A stretch of 64,000 nt of DNA from an uncultured Planctomycetota bacterium. GTDB taxonomy: Bacteria; Planctomycetota; Planctomycetia; Isosphaerales; Isosphaeraceae. This document shows positions 45,284-55,031 of the stretch, piece after piece. The notes under the pieces are model-generated. The model made no database searches. It was given only the letters and a program-made list of their open reading frames with translations, and had not been told where the DNA came from. Position numbers and translations under genes: made by a program. Numbering within the stretch: the first letter of the stretch is position 1; every line of letters begins with the position of its first letter. The stretch is taken from the NCBI GenBank assembly GCA_963823665.1, contig CAWGMQ010000010.1:480001-544000 (forward strand). Reading direction: 5' to 3'.

Positions 45284-48200
45284 TGGGGACTGTCCTTTCG
45301 TTGAGGTGATTCCGCGTCTTTCTCTTTCTCTCGTTCTTCCCAGACACGTTGTTTGGCCTTGAGCAGCCGGTTGGTGTAGCTCTCCTTCTGCGGCGCTGCC
45401 GGGCCCACACCCATCCCGGGGCGTTCCACGGGCGCCTGCGCAGCCACCATCGGGCTCGCCCCTTCCGCCCCTTCCAGGATCGGCTCGCCAATCGGGCCTT
45501 TCGGAGAGTCGGCCGGCACAATCTGCGGAGACGGCTCGAGCCTTGGTGCGTTCCTGGAGCGATCGAGCTGCTCGTCCACCTCCGCCTTGCGGCTGCGCAG
45601 CTTGTCCATGTAATCGCTCGTTGTCGCAACCTCCCGCCCGGTCATCTTCTGCCATTCCTTGGCCATCGCCGTCATGATCGCGCCCCAGTCGATCGCGATC
45701 CTGCGCACGGCCACGTCTCCCAGGAACAAGCACGCGGCCATCCACAACAGCGTCGGCCAGAGCGGCGCGAACGAGCGGGGGTTGATCAGCCCGGCGTCAC
45801 GGCGGAAGTGGTCGTTGTCCTGCACGGTGCGCACCAGGTCGACTCGCCCGTCCGGCGTCTGCTTCCAGCTCCCCACCTTGCCTTCGGTCACCGAAGCCAG
45901 CGTCTCGAGCGTCGTCGGGTTCGACCGCAGCTCCCGGTACTCGTCGGAATAAGGCACCGACACCCCGGATGAGATCACCCCCTGCACGTTGTCCGGGCCG
46001 CGGTAGCCCAGGCTGATGAAGTAGTTCCCGCTCGCCTCGGCGTTATCCATCGTGCCCTCGTACCGCCCCGGCGCGGTCTGCACCAGCTCGATCGGTCCGG
46101 ATTTCAAGTTGGGATCAACCGTGTTCCCTCGGATCTGCAGGAAATTGAGGAATTCGTTGTTCTTGTCGAGCGCATCGACCACCACCTTGATCCGGCCTTG
46201 GTCCCGGCGCACGTTGAGCGTCAAGTTGCCGCGGTCGGCCGGCCGCATCGACCACCGGATCACCTGCGACCAGAAAGCCGTGTACGTCTTCCAGTCCGGC
46301 CAGGTCTTGGCCCAGCGGCCGCCGGCGTCCGACGTGAAAGCCACCGATCGCCCCAGTCCGTACGACCAGTGCGCCAGCACCGGGTTCAACTGCCCGGTCG
46401 GCAGCGGTGAGACAATCGGGATCTCGACCAGCTCGTTCTCCTTGGCCGACGTCAGCACCAGCCCGTTGATCGGCGGGAACTCTTCGCCCAGACCCATTAT
46501 CGGCTCGGTGATCGGGTAGTTCACCTTGGGCAGCCACGGCGTCGCTTGCTCGAAGATCAGCGGCCGCGAGATCGACCGTGCTTCCTTCTGATAGATCCTC
46601 GGCAGCGCCTTGGGGTTCGTCACCACGTAGAACCGGCCCTTCGTCTTGTTGGCCAGGTTCCGCATCACCTGGGTCGCGCCCGGATCATTCCCGTGGGCCG
46701 CCGTCAGCACCGCCGTCACTGTGATCTTGCTCGCCGCAAGCTGATTGATCACCCGCGTCGAAGGCGGCGTGGGGTCGCCATCGCTGATCACGACGATGTG
46801 TTTGCTCATCGCATCCTGCACCCCGTTGAGTCCCTTCATGGCCATCTGCAGCGAGGGGTCGAAATCGGGCATGTCCCCCGGCGTCATCCGGTCAATCGCC
46901 CGCAGCATGCTGGCGCGTCCCGTGCCGACTGGCCGCAGCGTGAACAGCCACGCTTCCTGGTTCTCCCAGTGCAACAGCCCCGCATAGTCGTAGCTCGAAA
47001 GCGCGCCGATCGCCGCCTTGGCAACCACCGCCTGCCAGTAGTTCCCTTCCGGAATCTCGCTCGCGTGCATGATCAGCGCCATCGCCCCGATGCCCTGCAC
47101 CTTGATCGCCTTGATCTGCATGTCCACCGGCAACGCCTTCTCCACCGGCGTGTTCATCCAGCCCCCCGCGCCGAAGCTGTCCGGCCCGCCGATCATCACC
47201 AGGCCGGCCCCCATGTCGTGGCAGTTCGCCGCCAGCAGCGCGTGCTGGCTCTCCGTGAACGCTTCCTTGGGAACATTCGCCAGGATCACGCTGTCATAAG
47301 GTTGAAGCTGCGCCAGGTCCGCCGGCAGCGGATCGCCGCCGACTCCCCCCGAGCCGTCGATCTTGGGCGCGCACAGCACTTTGACTTCGATCTCTTTCTC
47401 ACGCAGTGCTTTCACGAGCGTCTCATGCTCGTTGCGACTTCCCTCGATCAAGAGCACTTGCGCCTTCCCCCGCGCGTGCGTGAACCCCTCGGCGATGTTG
47501 TTGATCGCCCGCTTGTCGCCGCTGCCGGCGTCCGGTATGAACTCGGCCGAGAACGTATAAAAGTTCGGTTCCGTGATGAGCTGTCTCAGCGTGAACACCT
47601 TGACCCCGCGCTCGAGTTCGATGTGCTCCGGCTGCTCGTGGCCGGCCGCCGGCGCGCGACGGTCGTCCGATTTCTGGTAGATCTGCAGCGTGCCCGATGT
47701 CGGCTCCGCGGCGCGGATGACGACGTTGATATTCACCGTCTCGCCCTTCTTCACGTCGGGCGGGATCGACACCTTCTCGACCAGCACTTCGCTGTCATAG
47801 GAGTACTCGAGGGGCAGCACGTCGACCTCGACCCCCAGCGTCTTGGCGGTGAGTCCCTGCTCGAACAGGTTCCCGCGGTTCTCATTTCCGTCGGAGAGGA
47901 CGACGATTCGCCGCGCCGTGTCCTCCGGAAAGCTCGCCAGTGCCAGCTTCACCGCGGCGCCCAAGTCGGTGTTCTCGTGATCCACCGTGCTCTCATAACC
48001 GATCAGCGAAAGCTCCGACGGCGCCGGTGGCACTTCAACCCTCGGCTCCTTGCCGAAGACGACCAGCCCGGTGAGGTCGTCCTTCCACCGCTTCTTCGAA
48101 GCCTCGGTGATGTAGTTGAGCGCCAGCTTCTGCTGGTCCGCGGGCACGCTGTTCGAGACGTCGAGCAGGAAGATCGTGGCCAGCCGGTCCGACTTCCACA

Positions 48201-48426
48201 CCGTCTGTAGCTCGGCAAGCGCGAGAATCACCAGCGTGATCACCGCGGCGCGGAACGTGATCGCCAGCCCCCGCCGCACCGGGCCCAGCCCCGCCAGGCT
48301 GCGATAGCTCCACCAGACCAGGGGGGGCAACACGAGCGGGATCAGGATCAGGAACCACGGGTTGCCGGTCGAGAACGACCAGTTGCCCTGTAACATCGTC
48401 ATATCACTCCGTGGCGATCTCGTCAT
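45280..48426 (-). CDS. vWA plus glutamine-amidotransferase-like membrane protein
   Basis: LLDVSNS, LSDGNEN, GGPDSFGAGGW, LPVDM, ISDGD, GLGRSVAFTSD. Confidence 0.9.
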   Translation of the reverse strand: MTRSPRSDMTMLQGNWSFSTGNPWFLILIPLVLPPLVWWSYRSLAGLGPVRRGLAITFRAAVITLVILALAELQTVWKSDRLATIFLLDVSNSVPADQQKLALNYITEASKKRWKDDLTGLVVFGKEPRVEVPPAPSELSLIGYESTVDHENTDLGAAVKLALASFPEDTARRIVVLSDGNENRGNLFEQGLTAKTLGVEVDVLPLEYSYDSEVLVEKVSIPPDVKKGETVNINVVIRAAEPTSGTLQIYQKSDDRRAPAAGHEQPEHIELERGVKVFTLRQLITEPNFYTFSAEFIPDAGSGDKRAINNIAEGFTHARGKAQVLLIEGSRNEHETLVKALREKEIEVKVLCAPKIDGSGGVGGDPLPADLAQLQPYDSVILANVPKEAFTESQHALLAANCHDMGAGLVMIGGPDSFGAGGWMNTPVEKALPVDMQIKAIKVQGIGAMALIMHASEIPEGNYWQAVVAKAAIGALSSYDYAGLLHWENQEAWLFTLRPVGTGRASMLRAIDRMTPGDMPDFDPSLQMAMKGLNGVQDAMSKHIVVISDGDPTPPSTRVINQLAASKITVTAVLTAAHGNDPGATQVMRNLANKTKGRFYVVTNPKALPRIYQKEARSISRPLIFEQATPWLPKVNYPITEPIMGLGEEFPPINGLVLTSAKENELVEIPIVSPLPTGQLNPVLAHWSYGLGRSVAFTSDAGGRWAKTWPDWKTYTAFWSQVIRWSMRPADRGNLTLNVRRDQGRIKVVVDALDKNNEFLNFLQIRGNTVDPNLKSGPIELVQTAPGRYEGTMDNAEASGNYFISLGYRGPDNVQGVISSGVSVPYSDEYRELRSNPTTLETLASVTEGKVGSWKQTPDGRVDLVRTVQDNDHFRRDAGLINPRSFAPLWPTLLWMAACLFLGDVAVRRIAIDWGAIMTAMAKEWQKMTGREVATTSDYMDKLRSRKAEVDEQLDRSRNAPRLEPSPQIVPADSPKGPIGEPILEGAEGASPMVAAQAPVERPGMGVGPAAPQKESYTNRLLKAKQRVWEEREKEKDAESPQRKDSPQ

Positions 48427-48499
48427 CGACCATCAAACGGGGGTCGAAACGATCGGCCCCGGTTGCTACCTCGAGCGCTGCACGCCTCTCACATCATTT

Positions 48500-48526
48500 C
48501 ATTGTCGCCTTTCGCTCCGCGAAAGG
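48500..48526 (-). repeat. REP-like palindrome (intact copy of the IS target)
   Basis: Revcomp CCTTTCGCGGAGCGAAAGGCGACAATG, with a CCTTTCGC/GCGAAAGG stem. Confidence 0.75.
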
Positions 48527-48565
48527 AGCGTCCCCCCGTCACGAGCCTCTCTCAAAAGGCAGCCC

Positions 48566-49499
48566 TCACATCCGAAATCGTTGAACGCGATGATTGTTGG
48601 AATCGACGACCGACACATTTCCCTGGCTGTCAACCGCGAGAGCGTAGGGATTGAAGAGCTGCCCGGGCCCTCTCCCGGCGCTCCCCCACGTTCCCAGCGA
48701 TTTGCCCTCCAGGTCAAACTTCTGCACCCGGTGATTGCCGTACTCGCACACATATAGACAGTGGTCCGGGCCGATCGCCAGGTCGAAAGGATAACTCATC
48801 TGCCCCGGCGCGTCCCCGCGACCCCCATGAATTGAGCAGTTTTCCATTGGTGTCGAACACCTGGATCCGGTGATTGCAGCTATCGGCAACGAACAGCCGG
48901 TCCCGTTCGTCGATCGCCAGCGCCCGCGGCTTCAAGAACTCACCGGGCTCATACCCGTGGCCTCCCCACTGCCTCAGCCACTTCCCCTCCGGCGAGAAAA
49001 CCTGGATTCGATCGTTCTCACCGTATTCAGCGACCAGGAAATTCCCCGCGCTGTCAATGACGACGTCGGTCGGATACCCGAATCGCCCCGGAGTCGTTCC
49101 CTGCACGCCGTCGCCGATCTCGAAGAGGATCTTTCCCTCCGGCGAATAGATCAGCACACGATAGAAATGCGTGTCGGCCACCAGCAGCCGTCCCAGCCGA
49201 TCGACCGTCAGCCCACTCGGCCCGTCCACGTTGAATTCCGGAGTCGACCACCCGCGAATGTACTTCCCGTCCCGGTCAAACACCTGGATGCGGTCCGTCA
49301 GGTCCGCCAGATAAAGATGGTCCTTCGAATCAAACGCCGCCGTCCGCGGTTTGTGCAGCCGCCCGGGCTTGATGCCGTGAACCCCCCAGACCAGCTCCGG
49401 CGCCGACCCGCCCGGCAGATCGCATCCTGCCACGACGAAGAGCAAAACCACCAGCCCGGCAAGCTTCAGGGAGACTCTGGCACGCTCTCGCTTCCGCAT
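48566..49499 (-). CDS. NHL-repeat lipoprotein, frameshift near 48815
   Basis: VAGC lipobox and repeats such as DRIQVFDRDGK and NHRIQVFDTNGK. Confidence 0.88.
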
Positions 49500-49646
49500 G
49501 GGCGTTCAACCTGTTGACGTGACGTGGTGCGTATCCGCGACTTTGGAGCGGCAAACCCTTCAGGTAGAATCTACTGGCTCGGGTGCCTCGGACGCAAGTC
49601 CTAGGCTGTTCGTTTTCGGTGTCCGCGGTCGTGAGGATGCATTGCA

Positions 49647-49952
49647 ATGCCGGAGTGGAAGGCTGTCTGCCGTCTCGAGCAAGTCGCCGAAGGGCGGGGC
49701 TGTTCCCTCGACGCAGGCGGCGTGAGGCTGGCTGTGTTCCGTCAGGGAGACGAGTTGATTGCTCTCTCCGGCCGCTGTCCCCACTCCGGCGGCTCGCTCG
49801 GCCACGGCTGGATCGAGTCCGGCGAAGTCGTCTGCCCCTTGCACCACTGGCGGTTTCGCTTGACCGACGGCCGCTGCACGACAATCCGCGGCGAGTCCGT
49901 GCACAAGTTCCGCTGCGAGGCCCGCGACGACATGGTGTGGGTCGAGGTCTGA
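49647..49952 (+). CDS. Rieske [2Fe-2S] ferredoxin
   Basis: CPHSGGSL...CPLHHWRF. Confidence 0.88.
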   Translation: MPEWKAVCRLEQVAEGRGCSLDAGGVRLAVFRQGDELIALSGRCPHSGGSLGHGWIESGEVVCPLHHWRFRLTDGRCTTIRGESVHKFRCEARDDMVWVEV

Positions 49953-50094
49953 GCCGTGCCGGACCGACAGCCGAGTTCAACGTGAATGAATGAAGGAGCG
50001 GAGTTTTCCCAGCGCAAATGTTGCGCCACCTCGAAATTTGCCAATACGACTTGCTTCCCATCAGTCCCGGCTCGCGGCCCTCCAAACAAACACC

Positions 50095-52224
50095 TCACGG
50101 CGACCGCGGCCCGTGTTTCCGAAGAAATGCGACCGAGTTCGGCAAGATCCGCTGAACGCTGTCGAGTTTCGCGTCCACGGAAACGCCAGGTTCATTAGGT
50201 ATCACACCGCGCCGGCGCTCAAATTCTCGCCTCGCCATGTCTCGCCGCAGCCGCCGTCTCTCCCGCTTGGAAAGCGGCTCCGCCACCCGAGGCGCCACAA
50301 CACAACGCTCTTCGCCCAAGGACGCCGGAAGCTCGTCACCGCCGACGTCCTCCTGGCAGCCTAGCTCGCCCCCTTCGTGCCGCCAGGCCGCTAAAGCTTC
50401 GATCGGCGCGTCGCCCGCAGCCTCACTTGGTTCGTCGCCCACGATTTCGTTTTGTATTTTCGTCGCGGCCTCTTGTCCTGTAAGGGTTAAGGGAACGAAT
50501 TCGCTCGGCCCAGTTTGCGCCGAATCCATCGCTCCATCCCGGATTTCCCCCCGACCGGAGGTCTCCTCCTGCCGCCCGCCGTCCCCGAGTTCAATTCCCC
50601 CCGGCTGAATTGCACCCAAATCGTCCCCGCCAACCACGCGATCACCCGTCCCACCATCGACCCCATCGTCTCTCAACCTCGACCCGTCGATCTCGTTTTG
50701 TATATTCGTCGCGGGCTCTTGTCCCGTAAGGGTTAAGGGAACGAAATCGCTCGGACGGGCCTGCCCGAAATTCGTGGCCCCATCCCCGTTTTCCGCCCCG
50801 TCCACGGCGTCCTGATTCACCGCACCGTCAGCCGACACCCCATCCGCCCGATTGGTTCCCGGCGCTCCCTGAGCGTCACCACTCCTCGAAGCCGTCTCAC
50901 ACGCCCGACCGGCAATCGCTTCTGTATGTCCCTGGCTCTGCACGTGCGCAGCCTTCGCGCCCACATCACTCGGGCTGCCACCTGCGTAGCGCGCACCACC
51001 ACCGTCAGACGCACGCCAAGACGGACTCTCACAAGGCTGCGGCCCGCGCTCCGCCTTCCAGCGAGCCAAGCCTGCATCGAGGTCGCCGTCATACCCCTGG
51101 GCATCGCGCACGGTCCCATGCTCGTCAAGCACAAACCGTTCATCGACCATAATCCCGCGTTGTGCTGCTTCTTTCAGTCGTAGTCGTTCCCGCCGGGCCT
51201 TTCCCCAGCCTTCCTCGTCCCAGCGGTGCCATCTCTTGATCGTGTCGAGGTTCCGAATCACCAGCCGGTTGGAGCTCTCAAGATGACGCTCAATCTGCCC
51301 GACGTTCTTGACCTCCGCATCGCTCACAGTATTGGTTTCGACCATCTCGAGAATCTCGTCGCCTTCCGCGGCCTCGGCTTCGAGCCTCCACAGCCGCTCA
51401 ATCGCCTGGTCGATGATCTCCAGCAGCACGGCCCGTCCAGCCGCTGCATTCGCCGGCGTGAGCGCGCGTAGCTCCGGGCGCGAGAGCTGGCCCTCATAAA
51501 ACTTGACCCGGTCATAGTGGATCTCGCACCGTAGCTCGCGGAAGGCGGACTTGAAGACCGGCCTCATGGCATGGCTCGCAAGGAACACCAAGGCGGCCTC
51601 TCGATCAAAGAGCGCGTCGAGCGGCTGCTTGCCCAGTAAACGGGCGGCCGTGAGTTTTTGACAGGAGACCCATCCCTCTCCCGAATCAATCGGCTTCCTC
51701 ACCTCGCCTAGGCGGTCCAGCAGCCAGCGTCGGCCGGCGCGCGTCGCTTCAAGCTGGATGACCAACCTGCGCGGCTTATCCGGGTCATCGGCTACCCCCG
51801 AATCGGAGGTCCGCGGCTGCTTGTGCTCATAGTCCCCCGATGGATAGAGCTGCGATGGTCCCCTGCGGTCAAAGAGCAAGCGGTCGCCCAGCCCCTCTGC
51901 CGCCAGTGTCTCCTCAGCCGCCTGCGCCCGCGATCGCCGCACGATATCGCCGGTCACGCGGTTAACTTCCAAGCGGTTAGCACGCTCGGCCCGCCAGCAA
52001 GCCATCGCTGCCAGCTTGGCCAGATCTGCCTCGGCTTGATTTCGAACCTGATGACTCGTTGTGTACGCATCAATCTTCGCCTGAAGCTCCGCCGGATCCT
52101 CCCCCGGCAGAACCGGCGTCTTCGCCGTGAGCCCATGCTTGACCGCGTTGAACCGCGACCCCTTGCCGATCGACGCCCGCTGATCATTCATTCCGACCAT
52201 CGCCGAACCCTGCTGCACGCTCAT
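50095..52224 (-). CDS. Hypothetical 'NAVKHGL...LPGED' family protein, copy 2 (~709 aa)
   Basis: Paralog of 3686-5467. Start chosen from the matching leader ATGGTGA(T/G)GCGATGAG. Confidence 0.85.
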   Translation of the reverse strand: MSVQQGSAMVGMNDQRASIGKGSRFNAVKHGLTAKTPVLPGEDPAELQAKIDAYTTSHQVRNQAEADLAKLAAMACWRAERANRLEVNRVTGDIVRRSRAQAAEETLAAEGLGDRLLFDRRGPSQLYPSGDYEHKQPRTSDSGVADDPDKPRRLVIQLEATRAGRRWLLDRLGEVRKPIDSGEGWVSCQKLTAARLLGKQPLDALFDREAALVFLASHAMRPVFKSAFRELRCEIHYDRVKFYEGQLSRPELRALTPANAAAGRAVLLEIIDQAIERLWRLEAEAAEGDEILEMVETNTVSDAEVKNVGQIERHLESSNRLVIRNLDTIKRWHRWDEEGWGKARRERLRLKEAAQRGIMVDERFVLDEHGTVRDAQGYDGDLDAGLARWKAERGPQPCESPSWRASDGGGARYAGGSPSDVGAKAAHVQSQGHTEAIAGRACETASRSGDAQGAPGTNRADGVSADGAVNQDAVDGAENGDGATNFGQARPSDFVPLTLTGQEPATNIQNEIDGSRLRDDGVDGGTGDRVVGGDDLGAIQPGGIELGDGGRQEETSGRGEIRDGAMDSAQTGPSEFVPLTLTGQEAATKIQNEIVGDEPSEAAGDAPIEALAAWRHEGGELGCQEDVGGDELPASLGEERCVVAPRVAEPLSKRERRRLRRDMARREFERRRGVIPNEPGVSVDAKLDSVQRILPNSVAFLRKHGPRSP

Positions 52225-52644
52225 CGCCTCACCATGAACCTCTCCGTCGCGCGAGCGTCCAGTAACTCCGCCCGCAATCGACCGACTATTCAGAAACGTG
52301 AAAACTGTGCGTAATAAGGAAGCGGAGCCTATCTTATGAAGGCCGCTCCTTCGTTCATTCAGCAATATAAGGTCCAAATCGCCGCTTTCAAAAACTCCCC
52401 TCAGAATCTCGCCCTTGCGTAACCGCCAAAACCGGCACAGCCCGACACGAAACCCGGTCGCGAGTCAAACGGCGCGCCCCGAGCGCGCAAGACGAACGGT
52501 CGCCACACGTCACGCCCGCGCCAACCCATAAGGCCGGCACTCCCGCGCGCCTGCCCGACTTTCCTACTCATTGCAACCGCCTCGCCACAACCCCCGGTCG
52601 GCTGCACGCACCTCACAGACGACTCATCCCGCGAGTCCCTGGCG

Positions 52645-52980
52645 TTGGCGCTCGTCCGTGACTATGGCCAACCGAACGAGGTCGCAGCCCGCTTTCAGCC
52701 GCGTTCGGCAATCATCGACCCCGCCGACTCCCCGAGTTTCCTGAGAGCCGCGATCATGGGCGCGGGCGTGCTTCTCGTGCTCGGCGCAATGAGCATGCGG
52801 CGACCTTCCCCACCCGGCACCGCCGGCAACCTGGTCCAGCTCGGCATACTCTTCTGGCTCGGCGCCCTGGTCGCCCTGATCTACCTGCCAAGCGTCGGCA
52901 TCCAACTCTACAGCGAGCTCGGCCGCCTCTACCGCGCCGCCGCGACACCGGATTTCGGGTCCATGACAACGAGCAAGTAG
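52645..52980 (+). pseudogene. Fragment of a membrane protein
   Basis: No RBS or ATG. Begins LVRDYGQPNEVAARF, followed by two TM segments. Confidence 0.4.
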
Positions 52981-53057
52981 AGCGCCCAGGCCGGCGGCAC
53001 GCCAGGAAGTGCACAAATGCGATTGCGGCGAGTGGCTCGCTCAGCCCGCGGTCCGGT

Positions 53058-53086
53058 GTAGCAGGCACACTCCGTGTGCCGTCCGC
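53058..53086 (+). repeat. GTAG-type REP-like hairpin
   Basis: GTAGCA-GGCACAC-TCC-GTGTGCC-GTCCGC. Confidence 0.6.
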
Positions 53087-53215
53087 CAGTCCCCGCGATG
53101 ATACGAACTGTATCCGGTAGTCGAGAAGGGAGTTGAGAACAACCTGCCGGCAGGTTACTCTTGCCGCGGAATGCCGGTAAGTCGCGGGTGCCCGGCATCC
53201 GAACTCGAGGCTCCG

Positions 53216-53410
53216 ATGCCGCAACCTTTTGTTCCAGCTATCAACTTCCACGCACTGAACCTGCGGGACCTTCTGGACGCTCGCGAGGCGTACCACGTCC
53301 ACCTGTCCCACCTGGACAACGTGCTTGCCACCGCTGTCGGGCTGTACCGCATCCGGACGAGCGAGACCCAGGCGAGTGGCACGGACGCCGCGGCCAAGCT
53401 CAAGCCCAGT
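53216..53410 (+). pseudogene. 5' fragment of a hypothetical gene
   Basis: GAGG RBS, MPQPFVPAINFHALNLRDLLDAREAYHVHLSHLDNVLATAVGLYRIR. Coding-like codon usage is lost after about 53410. Confidence 0.45.
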
Positions 53411-53732
53411 TGGAGCCCAGGCGCCACCTGCCGAGCTGATGCGGGTCCATCGGCCGTGGCATCGGTTTCAGTCCGTACCCGGTCAACCACGGCTGAAACC
53501 AACAGCCGCAGCACCGCGCTCTGCTTCCCCTTCGTTACCATCGTTTGCTCATGTTCAAGATTCTTATCTGCATGATCAAGCCATCTGTTCCCCTGGTTTC
53601 CTGGACGGATCCAACCGCCACACCGGTGCAATACTCAACTTAATCGTTTAGGATTGCGGTACCTCCAGGTATCACCGGAGCGAACTGAGTTTCTTTTCGA
53701 GTACCATCCCAGGCGTCGAGGAGAGCTGAGCG

Positions 53733-54941
53733 ATGAACGAACCGCATCCCAATTCCATGGATCGCCGGGTGTTCCTCCAGGCGGGCATGGCGGCGACGGC
53801 CGCGACCACCGGGCTGGTCGCCGGCAACGCGGCCGCACAGGAACCCCGATCGGGAAAACAAACGCCGATCCTGCCGAAGCGGAAACTGGGTAACACGGGC
53901 GTCGAGGTGACTCTGCTCAACCACGGCACCGTCGGCGAACCCGCTGGGCTGAGTCGCTTGCTCCGCACCTCCTACCTCGAGGGTGTCCGCTACTATGACA
54001 CCGCCGAAGGATACAAGAACTCGGAGAAGGTCATCGGCGACTGGTTGACCGCCGTGCCGGAGGTCCGCAAAACGATCTTCCTGGCGACCAAGAGCCATGT
54101 CGGTACCCCATCTGACATGCTGAAGAAGCTGGATCAGCGGCTGGCGGCGCTCAAGACCGACTTTATCGACCTCCTCTTCTTCCACGGCCTCAAGTCCTCC
54201 GAGACCGGCTGGCCCAAGAGCAAGGAGCTGAAGGACGCAGCAGAGGCCCTCAAGAAGACCGGTAAGGTCAAGTTCGTCGGCTTCTCGACCCACGACCCGA
54301 TGATCGCTCAGCAAATCCAGAACGCCGCAGAGGGCGGGTTCATCGACGTGATCATGCTCAAGTTTACGCCGTGGCTCGACAAGAACGCTCCGCTCAACAG
54401 GGCGCTCGACGCCTGCCATGCCAAGAATATCGGCCTGGTTTCGATGAAACAGCTCGCCGGCCAGACGCAATTCACGGCCGACCATGTCCCTTCGATCAAG
54501 GCCAAAGGCTTGACCCCCGCGCAGGGTTTGCTCCAGGCAATCTGGACCGACGAGCGATTCAGCGCCTCATGCGTGACTCTCCGGAACACCGAGCAGATCC
54601 ACGAGAACGCTGACGCCGTCCGGCGCTTCGAGCCGCTCCAGGCGGCGGAGCTCGACGAGCTTCGTGATGCGGTCCTGGCGTCCAACCCGACAATGTGTCC
54701 CGGCTGTGACGGCCGCTGCTCGCTCGCCGCCGGTACCAAGGCCCGGCTCGGCGACCTCGCCCGTGTCTTTACCTACTACGATTCCCACGGAATGCCAGGC
54801 CTGGCCCGCGAGTCATACGCCGAGCTGGCCGAGGAAGAGCGCGACTGGAAGGACGCCGATCTCATCGCCGCCCGCGAGGCGTGTCATCACAAGATCGACT
54901 TCTCGGCGCTTCTGCCGAAGGTCGACCGTCTGTTCAGTTGA
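53733..54941 (+). CDS. Aldo/keto reductase with Tat signal and C-terminal Cys cluster
   Basis: DRRVFL, KRKLGNTG, YYDTAEGY, FLATK, GFSTH, CPGCDGRC. Confidence 0.9.
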   Translation: MNEPHPNSMDRRVFLQAGMAATAATTGLVAGNAAAQEPRSGKQTPILPKRKLGNTGVEVTLLNHGTVGEPAGLSRLLRTSYLEGVRYYDTAEGYKNSEKVIGDWLTAVPEVRKTIFLATKSHVGTPSDMLKKLDQRLAALKTDFIDLLFFHGLKSSETGWPKSKELKDAAEALKKTGKVKFVGFSTHDPMIAQQIQNAAEGGFIDVIMLKFTPWLDKNAPLNRALDACHAKNIGLVSMKQLAGQTQFTADHVPSIKAKGLTPAQGLLQAIWTDERFSASCVTLRNTEQIHENADAVRRFEPLQAAELDELRDAVLASNPTMCPGCDGRCSLAAGTKARLGDLARVFTYYDSHGMPGLARESYAELAEEERDWKDADLIAAREACHHKIDFSALLPKVDRLFS

Positions 54942-55031
54942 CTTCAACCGGCTGCCTGACGGTTGCGTCGACACCTTGAGTTGCCTGCTGGACGGTTCCT
55001 GTCCACACCGCGGAGGCGGAGACCGAGTCCC

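Noticed and set aside
969..48210. Long antisense ORFs (969-2351, 3380-4624, 34054-35709, 46546-48210 and others)
   Set aside because: These are shadow frames of real genes in high-GC DNA.
3686..52224. Composite transposon bounded by the two NAVKHGL genes
   Set aside because: The copies are substantially diverged, no shared terminal repeats or target duplication were found, and the interior is housekeeping content.
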